IMG/VR virus record: IMGVR_UViG_2513237087_000004
Coordinates: 1 to 64,000 of that record
Length of the DNA: 64,000 nucleotides
Direction: 5' to 3' (one strand)
Source: a virus
Taxonomy: Duplodnaviria > Caudoviricetes
The stretch's first letter is position 1. Each line of letters opens with the position of its first letter. Position numbers and translations under genes: made by a program. The notes under the pieces are model-generated. The model saw only the letters and a program-made list of their open reading frames with translations, was not told where the DNA came from and searched no databases. Below, in pieces: positions 46,322 through 55,157 of this stretch.

Positions 46322-47135
46322 GGCGCCTTCTCGTATTGCGATAGAGGACGACGATCAGCGCACGCCAGCGCGGCATGCCTTTCGCCGCAGCGAACTGTGC
46401 GGCCTCTCGGTCAGCCGAAGGACCCATGCCGCGGATCGCGGTGGCGAGATCGCTGGACTCCACCTCGCCGGCATAATCCGCACCGTGCAGCAGTTCGCTG
46501 GCCGCTTTGAGCAGATCGGCCGAGATCGGCGCGCACTTCGCTTCCACCAGGCACTGCACCACCTGCCGGGCTTTCATCGCGCCGAGGCGCGAACACATGG
46601 AGCGGAGGGTGGAGATCGCCATGGTGTCGCCCACCTCATAGGCACCATTGGCGGGCGGAACCTTCAACACCCGCGCGCCGGCCCGCTCACACACCTGCTG
46701 GATGGTCTGCTCATCAGGGTCACCGGCCGCCACGGCCGCGTGAAAGAGTTGGGTTGGCGTGACCGAGATGCGGTCGCGATTGTGCCCGATGAATGCCCGG
46801 GCCCGCTGGAGCAGATCCGCAGCTTCCACCACCATGACCGGGATCTCCGCAATGTCGGGATGCGACGCCGCTGCCAAGGCAGTGTGCTGGCCGTCGAGCA
46901 CATGAAACGCGCCGTCGATCTCAACCACCACCGGCGGTTTGAAGCGGCGCCAGTCCCACTCGCCGATGATCCGGCGAAGCAGACGCATGGATCGCTCGGA
47001 CAGGTTGCGCTGATAGGTATCGTCGACCAGCAATTTTTCCGGCGCGATCCAGATGAACCGGGGAGCCGCGGTGATCGCGACCGAAGGGGTAAGGTCGGGA
47101 AAGACCAGCGGAGAGATGGGGCGGATCTGCGTCAT
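46299..47135 (-). CDS. ParB/DndB-like protein
   Basis: LLVDDTYQR...PPVVV...LDGQHT motif. Confidence 0.75.
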   Translation of the reverse strand: MTQIRPISPLVFPDLTPSVAITAAPRFIWIAPEKLLVDDTYQRNLSERSMRLLRRIIGEWDWRRFKPPVVVEIDGAFHVLDGQHTALAAASHPDIAEIPVMVVEAADLLQRARAFIGHNRDRISVTPTQLFHAAVAAGDPDEQTIQQVCERAGARVLKVPPANGAYEVGDTMAISTLRSMCSRLGAMKARQVVQCLVEAKCAPISADLLKAASELLHGADYAGEVESSDLATAIRGMGPSADREAAQFAAAKGMPRWRALIVVLYRNTRRRHGSRSKA

Positions 47136-49246
47136 TCCGCTGCCTCAAGGAAGAGCGACGCCTGACCGTGAGCAGGTGGGCGCCGGCGCGGCGCGCGCAC
47201 CTCGCGCGGCTGATAATTCGCCGCCACCAAAGCGCGGGACTCGGTCGGGCACACCGCGTTGCCGCACATATGCCCTTGCTGCTCCAGGCTGAACCGGATC
47301 ACCTCGCCGTCCTCGTCGAGGCCATGGTCAATGATGTAGTCGCGCGGGAAGCCGTTGGCGTTGTAGCGCTCTCGCGGGGTGAGCATCCGCATGCAGATGT
47401 CCACCACCACGAAGGTAGCCCCGTCGATGTCCACGGTGACGAGATCGCCGCCATCCCAGCAGCCGTGCGCCCGCAGGAAGTCCGCCACCTGGCGCGCCCG
47501 CGCCTCATGCTCGGCGCCGAAGGGCGGTGGTGCTGCCTCCGCCTGGACGAGGCCGAAGCGCGGCTTGGCGGTGTCCGTGCGCATCGGATCGACCACCGAG
47601 GCGCCATCGTCATCGGTGCCGTAATAGACGGTCATCAGCGGCAGGGACACGAGCGCGTCATGCTGACCGCCGGCGGACTGGGTGCGCACCGGCACGTCCG
47701 CCGGAGAATCCCGTCGCTCGCTCCCGCGCAGCGTCAGCATGTGGGCAGTGACAAGCGACTGCTGACTGCCGGTCACGGTGATGGTGGAGGCTGGCTCATC
47801 GGCTGGATGACCGGGGGCACCAGGGCGCGGCCCGTCGTTGTGCTGCGCCACATAAGCCGCCACCAGCGCGGTTTTGCCGCCGCCGCCCGCCGTGACAGTG
47901 CCAACCGGCTCGCCGGCATCCGAGCCCACCGACGCGCCGAACTGGCGGGACAGATGGACCACAGCGAGGCTGCCCTCATTGCCAGTGGGCACCGGGGTCG
48001 GCCCCGGCACATCCGCCGTATACGTGCGCGGCTCCTGACCCGGCCGCTCCCCGTAGCGGGGCACGAGATAAGGCGCGACCACACACAGGTCAGCCTTGGC
48101 CGTCTGCGTGAGCACCGGCACATCGCCGGGGCGCGGCTCGGACTGGCCGGCCCGGCCGCCACACCCCGCCAGCACGGGGGCGACGAGAGCATTCTGATCC
48201 TTGCGCGATGCCGTGATGGTCTGCACTGGCGCATCCGGCGCCCGCAGTCCGCCGCCCTGCTGGGCATAGGCCACGAAGGGCATGACGAGCGCATCGTCCC
48301 GCTTGCCGGTCATGGCGGTGAGCGGCACGTCCGTCGCTCGGTCGCGCGCCTCATCGCGCGCGGTGTGGTTCACCTTCACCACGAAGGGCCGCGCCGCATC
48401 GAGCACATAGCGCCGCACGCCCTTGGCGATGCGGGCCTGCGTCTTGTCCGCCAGCGGGCGCTTGGCGCGGATGCCCAGCTTGCGATGGATTTCCGCGCTG
48501 CTGTCGAAGATCGAGGGGATGGGCAACGTGAAGTCGATGCAGTCGGCCGCCGTCACCCAGGGCTTGAGCGTGCCGGCCGCGATGCGCGCCGCGTCCTCCG
48601 CCACGGTCGGGTTGCCGTGCGTCGACTCGGGCCACACGATGGGCTCGCCATCGCGGCGCATGATCATGTAGAGGCGCTTGCGGATGGTGCCAGAACCCGA
48701 GCCCCAAGCCCGCCGCTGGCGCCATTCGATCTGGCCATAGCCGAGATCCGCCCACGCCGCGCAGAAAGCCTTGAACGTTTCGCCTTTGCGCACCGGGCAG
48801 CGCTTTCCGTCGGGCTGGAGCGGCCCCCAATCCACGTATTCCTCGACGTTTTCGAGAAAGACGACACGCGGCCGCTGCCACTTGGGCAGGGCCTTGATCC
48901 AGCCGACGATGGCCCAGCCGATGCCCCGCGTGGTGCGGTCGCCATCCCGGCGCGGCGCCGCGCCCTTGGCCTTGGAATGGTCGGTGCAGTCCGGCGACAT
49001 CCAGAGCATGCCGATGGGCAGGCCCGCGCACATGGAGACGCTGTCCACCGTCGCCACGTCCTGGAGCAGGTGGCGCGTGGCCGGGTGGTTGATGCGATGC
49101 ATCGCCATGGCGAAGTGGTCATGGTTGATGGCGATGTCCGGATCGCGCCCGAGCGCCATGCGAATGCCGGTGCTGGCGCCCCCGCCACCGGCGAAGCTAT
49201 CGATCACCAGTTCATGCAAAGTGGCTCGTTGGACATGCACGTTCAT
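47132..49246 (-). CDS. C5 cytosine DNA methyltransferase with repeat-expanded variable region
   Basis: DSFAGGGGAS (motif I); WMSPDC (IV); LENVEE (VI); RKRL (VIII); RMLTPRE (IX); GNAVCP (X). Confidence 0.92.
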   Translation of the reverse strand: MNVHVQRATLHELVIDSFAGGGGASTGIRMALGRDPDIAINHDHFAMAMHRINHPATRHLLQDVATVDSVSMCAGLPIGMLWMSPDCTDHSKAKGAAPRRDGDRTTRGIGWAIVGWIKALPKWQRPRVVFLENVEEYVDWGPLQPDGKRCPVRKGETFKAFCAAWADLGYGQIEWRQRRAWGSGSGTIRKRLYMIMRRDGEPIVWPESTHGNPTVAEDAARIAAGTLKPWVTAADCIDFTLPIPSIFDSSAEIHRKLGIRAKRPLADKTQARIAKGVRRYVLDAARPFVVKVNHTARDEARDRATDVPLTAMTGKRDDALVMPFVAYAQQGGGLRAPDAPVQTITASRKDQNALVAPVLAGCGGRAGQSEPRPGDVPVLTQTAKADLCVVAPYLVPRYGERPGQEPRTYTADVPGPTPVPTGNEGSLAVVHLSRQFGASVGSDAGEPVGTVTAGGGGKTALVAAYVAQHNDGPRPGAPGHPADEPASTITVTGSQQSLVTAHMLTLRGSERRDSPADVPVRTQSAGGQHDALVSLPLMTVYYGTDDDGASVVDPMRTDTAKPRFGLVQAEAAPPPFGAEHEARARQVADFLRAHGCWDGGDLVTVDIDGATFVVVDICMRMLTPRERYNANGFPRDYIIDHGLDEDGEVIRFSLEQQGHMCGNAVCPTESRALVAANYQPREVRAPRRRPPAHGQASLFLEAAE

Positions 49247-49271
49247 GAGGCCATCTCGCTCATGTTCGCCT

Positions 49272-50264
49272 TCAGTGCTGGAGGAAGCTGATGCGCTTGG
49301 TCGAGGACCAGCACAGGGCGCAAGTGGAACAGGAGTCGGTCTTACCGACCTGCTGCGGGCAGAGGATCGCGTCGTCCGGCACCTGAAGCGGATGCTCCAC
49401 CGTGATGGTCGAGCACTCATCGATCGGCGCATTGGAGAAGCGGATGGCGAACCGGGCCCAGCGCTTCTTCACCAGGGCCACCAGGGCAGCGGCGATCGGG
49501 TCCTTCTCGACCTGCCACCTGGCGCTGAAGCCGAAGACGTGGAGTTCGGAGTGGCGGTCGAGCAGCGCGGCCCAAAGCTTGACGTAGCCGACCGAGTAGA
49601 AATCCCCAAGGACGTGGAGGCGAACCGCGAAGCCCGCCGGATACCGGAACGACAGCACTGCCACCTCTGCGGCCAACCGCTCTTCCATGTCCGCGCCGTG
49701 CTCCACGCGGTTGGCGTGGTGCATGTGATTTCCGTAGCAGGACCGCCAATGCCGGCACGAACTCGGGCAGGTCGCCCGCTCCTCGAGCGTGAGCGTGAAG
49801 ACTGGGAAGCCGGACCAGGGCCCCTTCATGATCCGTTCGCCGATCTTCCAATGGTTCTTGCCGGAGACCAGAAGGTTGGGCAGCCCGCGGGGCGACACCA
49901 CCGTCGTCGGGTAGACGGAGCGCGCTTCGCTGAGCGCCGCGTGGTCCACAGGCGGCATGACCGCGCGTTCGGTGGTGGCCACCTTCGGCTCGAACCTCGA
50001 CAGCGCCGGACGGTCGGCCTTGCGGATTGGTTCGACCCCGCCGGCCCGCCGCCCTGTGGGCCGCTTCAAGTTCAGGCTGAGGCGTTTGATGCGCACATAG
50101 CCGGTGGAGATGCCGAAGGCCTTGGCCATCTGCTCGTCCGACCGTCCGGCGAGGAAGGCCTCCTTGATCTGCAGGTCAGTCACCTTTGGCCTGCGGCCCG
50201 GCGACGGTAGGCGAACGATCTCCGCTGAGATTATGGACGGGAGCACGCGGCCGGTGGCCTTCAT
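49272..50264 (-). CDS. GP88-like protein with N-terminal HTH
   Basis: TLEERATCPSSCRHWRSCYG Cys cluster; VRLHVLGDFYS. Confidence 0.6.
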   Translation of the reverse strand: MKATGRVLPSIISAEIVRLPSPGRRPKVTDLQIKEAFLAGRSDEQMAKAFGISTGYVRIKRLSLNLKRPTGRRAGGVEPIRKADRPALSRFEPKVATTERAVMPPVDHAALSEARSVYPTTVVSPRGLPNLLVSGKNHWKIGERIMKGPWSGFPVFTLTLEERATCPSSCRHWRSCYGNHMHHANRVEHGADMEERLAAEVAVLSFRYPAGFAVRLHVLGDFYSVGYVKLWAALLDRHSELHVFGFSARWQVEKDPIAAALVALVKKRWARFAIRFSNAPIDECSTITVEHPLQVPDDAILCPQQVGKTDSCSTCALCWSSTKRISFLQH

Positions 50265-50449
50265 TCCCCCCTCCCCTTCGCCCAGGTCGCGGCATCACGG
50301 AGGAACTGGATGGCCTTCTCCGCGTCCGGCCGCAGGTGCTGGCGTTCGACCGGCCGCATCCGCTCGCCACGGCTCACGAAGGTGTCCACGGCATCCGCCA
50401 TCTTCGTGTATTCGGCCGAGCTCCTGCGCAGCTTCTTCGGGTCGCTCAT
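50261..50449 (-). CDS. Hypothetical protein
   Basis: ATGA-coupled, 62 aa. Confidence 0.5.
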   Translation of the reverse strand: MSDPKKLRRSSAEYTKMADAVDTFVSRGERMRPVERQHLRPDAEKAIQFLRDAATWAKGRGE

Positions 50450-50898
50450 GTCGCAATGCCCTCCGGCAGCCACAGGACGTCGTGCATCGTCACCGCGATA
50501 GGGCGGCAGTAGCCGACAGCGCCGGTGTGCTTCAGTAGGGAAAACCAATTCCACCTGCGCTGCGGCAGCGATGAACCGGCGGCGCGGCCGGCGGACGGTC
50601 CGCGCACGATGAAACCGCGCTCCATCACGAATCCGCCCCGCGGCAGCCGATCGGTGGGGATCTGGAAGACGAGGGGACGAACGGCCGCCGCGCCGTCCAC
50701 GCAGTCGGCCTCGGCGACGTCCGCATCCCATTCGGCCATGTGCCTCGCGTGGTGCTCGGCGACGGCGAATTCATCCGTCAGGCAGACGAAGCCTCGGGCG
50801 CCTGCCCCATACTGCCTGTAGGGCTGAAGCCCGACGTTTAGAATGCTGCCCAGATAACAACTGGACGTCCCGTGATAGAGGATTGCGGGAAGGCTCAT
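50446..50898 (-). CDS. ADP-ribosyltransferase-fold protein (KptA/Tpt1-like pattern)
   Basis: LYHGTS...SILNVGL...VCLTD...A..HA. Confidence 0.55.
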   Translation of the reverse strand: MSLPAILYHGTSSCYLGSILNVGLQPYRQYGAGARGFVCLTDEFAVAEHHARHMAEWDADVAEADCVDGAAAVRPLVFQIPTDRLPRGGFVMERGFIVRGPSAGRAAGSSLPQRRWNWFSLLKHTGAVGYCRPIAVTMHDVLWLPEGIAT

Positions 50899-51131
50899 GC
50901 CGGCCTCCGCTGCTTGGAGACCACGAGGTACGCAAGATCGACCTGGTGCTGATCAATCGTTCGATGGCGGCCGTCCACGGCACCGTTCCGCCAGCCATGC
51001 CAATAGGACCGGGAGCGATTGCCGCCCGGCGCCGGCTCGCCGGCACGGCCATCGCGATAGCCGTCCAACATTTCCGCCTCGTCGAGGCTGGCGAGATCCT
51101 CAAGGGTCGTCACGGGCTCGTGCGCGGTCAT
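50895..51131 (-). CDS. Phage hypothetical protein
   Basis: EMLDGYRDG...GGNRSRSYWHGWRNG motif; coupled. Confidence 0.65.
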   Translation of the reverse strand: MTAHEPVTTLEDLASLDEAEMLDGYRDGRAGEPAPGGNRSRSYWHGWRNGAVDGRHRTIDQHQVDLAYLVVSKQRRPA

Positions 51132-51727
51132 GCCGTCCTCGCGAAGAGGTCGCCCGGCCTGATCCCGGCGTCCGCCAACTTCAGGTGCCCCTGTCCCCAG
51201 AAAGCGATGCCGACGGCTTCTGCCGCGTCCTTCTTCTTCACGTCGTAGCCCAGGCGCAGACATTGCTGCACGGCCCTGTCCTTGAGCCAGGCGCTGGCAT
51301 CGCTCGTCCCCTTCGGGGCGCCGCGAACACCGAGGAAGGCCTGACGCCACTCCCGCTGGTTCACTTCCTCGCATGGGATGTTCAAGTCGAATGCGATCTC
51401 GCGGGCATGGCCAGCCAGCCCGTAGAGCCTGCGATAGGTTCCCATGCTGGACATCGGCTTCTTGATCTTCCGCGCCTTCGAGCTGAAGGCATCGGACTGG
51501 CTGAACACGATCTCGGTCCGCTCAAGATTCGTAGGGAGGGGCTCCTCCATCGCCAGGAACTCGACGCCGAAGGACACGAGCGTCGGCCGCAGCCACATCC
51601 TGAAGCCATGGAAGATCTCGGCATCCTCCTTGCCCCTCGGACGGTGGGCCTCCCAATGCAGCAGACGCTCGCCATCCATGATGGCGAGGCCGCTTGTCGT
51701 GGCTCCATCGAGGCCGGCGACGATCAT
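51128..51727 (-). CDS. RuvC-like Holliday junction resolvase
   Basis: IVAGLDGATTSGLA; LAMEE; DAAEAVGI. Confidence 0.75.
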   Translation of the reverse strand: MIVAGLDGATTSGLAIMDGERLLHWEAHRPRGKEDAEIFHGFRMWLRPTLVSFGVEFLAMEEPLPTNLERTEIVFSQSDAFSSKARKIKKPMSSMGTYRRLYGLAGHAREIAFDLNIPCEEVNQREWRQAFLGVRGAPKGTSDASAWLKDRAVQQCLRLGYDVKKKDAAEAVGIAFWGQGHLKLADAGIRPGDLFARTA

Positions 51728-52386
51728 CAGGCCGTCTCGGTCTCGTCTTCGGTCTCGACGTCGCTCTCGCCTTCGGAGTCGTCATCGATCTCGCCCTCGT
51801 CGGGGAGGACGTCGTCGAAGGGATCGCCATCCCCCGGCACGGTCGGAGCCGTGAAGGCGTCCTTCATGTCCGCGCGGACGACATTCTGGCCGGCGTCGTA
51901 GCCGGCATACCAGCGGTCCGCGACCTGCTGCGGATAGCGGGAGGGAGCCGAGCGCAACTCCGCCCCCATGCCGGCCCGCTTGCCTTCGGCGAAGGCCTTG
52001 TCCTCGACCGGGGTCCGGTCTTCGCTGAACAGGCCGGCCTGGCTGCCGAGCGGAAGGCCGAACCACCGCGCCATCCGGGCCTGACGCTCCATGTCGGCCT
52101 TCAGCCGGGCGATGCCCTCGTCGGTGTCGAGCTCGATCGCCAACTTGATGTCGTCGACGGCATATTCGCCCAGCTCCGACTTGGCCTTCTTGCACACGTT
52201 CTTCAGCGCAGCATCCGCCGCCTTCTTGGCGGCCAGCGCCTTCACGTACTGCCCCTTGTGCTGGAGCGTCAGCGCCTGCCTCTGCTCGTCGGACAGTTCG
52301 CCTGAATTGTGACCGGGCGCGGCGGCAGCCGGCGTCACGACCTTAGGTTTGTTCTTGCTGCCCTTCGGGCGGCCACGCTGCACCAT
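51727..52386 (-). CDS. AT-hook / GapR-like DNA-binding protein with acidic tail
   Basis: RGRPKGSKNKPK AT-hook; GHNS; helical core; C-terminal D/E-rich tail. Confidence 0.55.
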   Translation of the reverse strand: MVQRGRPKGSKNKPKVVTPAAAAPGHNSGELSDEQRQALTLQHKGQYVKALAAKKAADAALKNVCKKAKSELGEYAVDDIKLAIELDTDEGIARLKADMERQARMARWFGLPLGSQAGLFSEDRTPVEDKAFAEGKRAGMGAELRSAPSRYPQQVADRWYAGYDAGQNVVRADMKDAFTAPTVPGDGDPFDDVLPDEGEIDDDSEGESDVETEDETETA

Positions 52387-52395
52387 GTTCTTCTC

Positions 52396-53109
52396 CTATT
52401 CAGCAGGAATGGAGTCGCGGTCCTGCTGACGCCGCTGTTCAGGCAGAGCGCCGAAGAGCGCTGGCTCGTTGATCTCGTCGGTGATGACGTTGGCCGGCTT
52501 AATGCCGACGATCTCGCGACGCGGAGCGGTCACGGCCTCCGGGTCATCGAACTTGCCGATTTCCTTGCCCCAGCTTTGCCAACCAGGGCGTGATTGCCGG
52601 GAGAAGAGGTCGGCACGGTTCACGGCGCCGGGAACAAGACGCTCGGCCTCGCTGTAGCCTACGTCAGGCTTGCGCGAATGCGAGCGCAGCGGCCCCTCGA
52701 TCACCGTGCGCACCGACTTGCACGTCTCCGGGTCACCATTGGTCGCGATGATGAACGGCTCCGACGCGGACCGGAGCCTGTAGCCTGTGCCGAAGCCCAG
52801 CTTCCCTGTCTTGGTGCGCTTCACCCACACGCCGGTGGTGACGAACTTGAAGCACCAGGCTCTGGCCACTTCGATCTGCTGGTCGATCATGGGGTGCGTG
52901 CCCCAGAGCCAGAGAATGCAGTCTCCGGTGGCGAGGTGATTGACCGGGAACGCAGCAATCTCCTCGATCGCCATGGTCTCGTAATGCCCCTCGGGGCTCT
53001 TGTGCTTCTTTCCCTCGACCGACCAGGTGTCGAACCGCCAAGGCGGATCGGCCATGATCAGCCCAAACGACAGCGGCCGCAGATCGCCGAAGACCCAGTT
53101 GTGGCTCAT
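52396..53109 (-). CDS. MT-A70-family N6-adenine methyltransferase
   Basis: IMADPPW; HYETM; LWLWGT; WVK; GTGY; HSRKP. Confidence 0.9.
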   Translation of the reverse strand: MSHNWVFGDLRPLSFGLIMADPPWRFDTWSVEGKKHKSPEGHYETMAIEEIAAFPVNHLATGDCILWLWGTHPMIDQQIEVARAWCFKFVTTGVWVKRTKTGKLGFGTGYRLRSASEPFIIATNGDPETCKSVRTVIEGPLRSHSRKPDVGYSEAERLVPGAVNRADLFSRQSRPGWQSWGKEIGKFDDPEAVTAPRREIVGIKPANVITDEINEPALFGALPEQRRQQDRDSIPAE

Positions 53110-53288
53110 CGCAGATCCTCGGCGACCCATCTTCCGACGGTTGAAACCACAAGGCCGCCCACGTAGACGAAGAAGGCAGCCCACCACAACTCGCTGCCCA
53201 CAAACATCGACGCGTATGAAATGGTGACGACCTCGGTAAACCTCCATCGGTTCAGGAAGAGGAACCTGGCGAACATCTTCAGTGCCAT
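53106..53288 (-). CDS. Small membrane protein
   Basis: Two hydrophobic stretches; coupled on both sides. Confidence 0.5.
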   Translation of the reverse strand: MALKMFARFLFLNRWRFTEVVTISYASMFVGSELWWAAFFVYVGGLVVSTVGRWVAEDLR

Positions 53289-53800
53289 CACCATGACGCC
53301 ACCACTTTCGGCTTTGCGTCTCTGCTTTGCCTGGGCTCGAACACTCTGACCGAGCAACTCGGGCACCAGGACGTACCAGGGACGACACGGCGGCCGCAGC
53401 AGATGGCACCATCCTCATTGGTCGCGGAAAAGATGTACCGGCACTCCCCAGCCTTGGCCGTCATCAACGGCACGCCGGGCCCGAAGCGAGATGCGCCGGG
53501 CGAAGGCGGCTCGGGTGCCGCAACGGGCGGCGGGGCAGCGGGCGCGGGCGCGCTCAAGGGCGGCGACGCGGCACAGACCGGCTTCTTCCCGCGCCGCGCC
53601 GGCGTCACCCTGGCGCCGATGACCACAGGCTCCTTCTTGGCCTGCACCCATCCCATGCGCGATGCCTTGCTGATCATCGCATTTCGCGTGATCACCACCC
53701 CGAACTGCTGGCTCACGACGGAGGCGACGCGCCCATACGTCTCGCCGGCGCGCACCAGGGGCTCGGCGGCGGCCAACACCTCCTCCGACCAGACGCTCAT
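53288..53800 (-). CDS. gcrA: GcrA-family transcriptional regulator
   Basis: N-terminal WSEE...TRNAMISKASRMG HTH; Pro/Ala linker; C-terminal CRY...CCG...WC..C. Confidence 0.8.
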   Translation of the reverse strand: MSVWSEEVLAAAEPLVRAGETYGRVASVVSQQFGVVITRNAMISKASRMGWVQAKKEPVVIGARVTPARRGKKPVCAASPPLSAPAPAAPPPVAAPEPPSPGASRFGPGVPLMTAKAGECRYIFSATNEDGAICCGRRVVPGTSWCPSCSVRVFEPRQSRDAKPKVVASW

Positions 53801-54126
53801 GATGAAGCTCCAAGGTAAGCGCTGATGGCCTCCGCGGCGGCGACCTCTGGGCTGATGCTCTGCGCCTTGGCGAAGGCCTCCAGCGCGACGCGCACCTCGG
53901 CCCGCAGCGGAACCTTGATCGCCGGGTCAGCCGGCCAGAGGGATCTGCTTCGGCCGCGCTCGGCATTCACCGCACCGGCAGCGACCAGGGCATCCACCAC
54001 GCGCTTCGCGCTCGACCGCGCCTTGAGGCCGAGCTCGGCGCCGATCTCGCTCAACGAGGGTGGATAGCCGCGATCGGCGCAGAACTTGCGGATGAACAGG
54101 AGGGCGCGGTGCTGCTGCGGTGTCAT
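53797..54126 (-). CDS. LexA-type DNA-binding-domain protein
   Basis: MTPQQHRALLFI...GYPPSLSEIG...L...G. Confidence 0.75.
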   Translation of the reverse strand: MTPQQHRALLFIRKFCADRGYPPSLSEIGAELGLKARSSAKRVVDALVAAGAVNAERGRSRSLWPADPAIKVPLRAEVRVALEAFAKAQSISPEVAAAEAISAYLGASS

Positions 54127-54626
54127 GACGCCAGGTCCGATCCGCTCATCGGTCGTTCAGGCTGGCCCAGAACTGGGCCCGCAGAAGCCAGCGAAAGGAC
54201 TTGTCCGCGTACCGCTTCGACTTGCTGGATGATCTCACGGCCAACCATTCCAGGACGAAGGGCGGCAAGACCTTCCTGAACCACCTGCAGAGTGGCGAGA
54301 ATGTCGGCGGCGTCGGCGGCGAGGATGGATGCGGTTCGGACATTGCGCCCCTCATGGCTCAAGCTCTTCTGGGTTTCGACGTAGCGAGCGTGCTCCTCGG
54401 CCTGGCGCCGGAGCGCCCTGGACGCGCGCGCCGCCGCCTGTAGCGAGAGGATCTCTTCGCCCGACGGCTTGGCTTCCTTGTTCCAGATCCGGCGCAAGCG
54501 ACGTGCGCCAATCCCGGTCTTCGCCGAGACCTCGTCGAATGCTTCCTTGAGCGTGAAGCCAAGCCGCTTCGGCGGAGAGATCTCGTTGATGCTGTTGACG
54601 AACTCGTCATATGTCGGGTCGGTCAT
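54123..54626 (-). CDS. CII-position HTH regulator
   Basis: SAKTGIGARRLRRIWNKEA HTH; first gene after cro on the same strand. Confidence 0.55.
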   Translation of the reverse strand: MTDPTYDEFVNSINEISPPKRLGFTLKEAFDEVSAKTGIGARRLRRIWNKEAKPSGEEILSLQAAARASRALRRQAEEHARYVETQKSLSHEGRNVRTASILAADAADILATLQVVQEGLAALRPGMVGREIIQQVEAVRGQVLSLASAGPVLGQPERPMSGSDLAS

Positions 54627-54752
54627 GGCCGCCCCGCTAACGCCAAGTCCTGGGAAAATTTCCCAGGAACTGGTCCAAGTTTCCCAGCATCTGGCACCTC
54701 CCGCCGCATAGCTTCGACAGCGTTGGAAGTGACAACCGAGGGGATTGGAGAG

Positions 54753-55094
54753 ATGAACGCCAACCAGGACACGATCGGCCGACAAGCACGGATCGCGGCA
54801 AGGGGGCGATGGATGGCACACATGGATGCAGACGAAGTCGAAGAGTTGGTCCGCCACATCGGGGCGGTCCAGCATGCGATGCTGGAGATCCAGCAGGGCA
54901 TGTTCCGCGCCCTGATTGGCGCGGGCGTGATCTCGGGCGAGGACGCCGCTGTGAGCATCAGCGGTGTCATCGACCAGCTCGAGGCCCATGCGGACCTGTT
55001 CGCCGAGACCGGCCCTGCGCCGGAGACGCTGCGAGCGATTGCAGCCTCTCTCCGGGGAGACGTCGATCGATATCTGAAGCAGGGCCAAGGCTGA
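54753..55094 (+). CDS. Hypothetical protein (counter-oriented)
   Basis: GGAGAG SD; 113 aa helical. Confidence 0.55.
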   Translation: MNANQDTIGRQARIAARGRWMAHMDADEVEELVRHIGAVQHAMLEIQQGMFRALIGAGVISGEDAAVSISGVIDQLEAHADLFAETGPAPETLRAIAASLRGDVDRYLKQGQG

Positions 55095-55157
55095 TGGTGG
55101 GGTGCTGCGCCAGATGGGACCGGCGCAACACCTCAACCATGAGGTCGCAGACGCGGC

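Noticed and set aside
44724-47135. Complete Dnd phosphorothioation system
   Set aside because: No DndA/IscS, DndD or DndE and no restriction partners in the window
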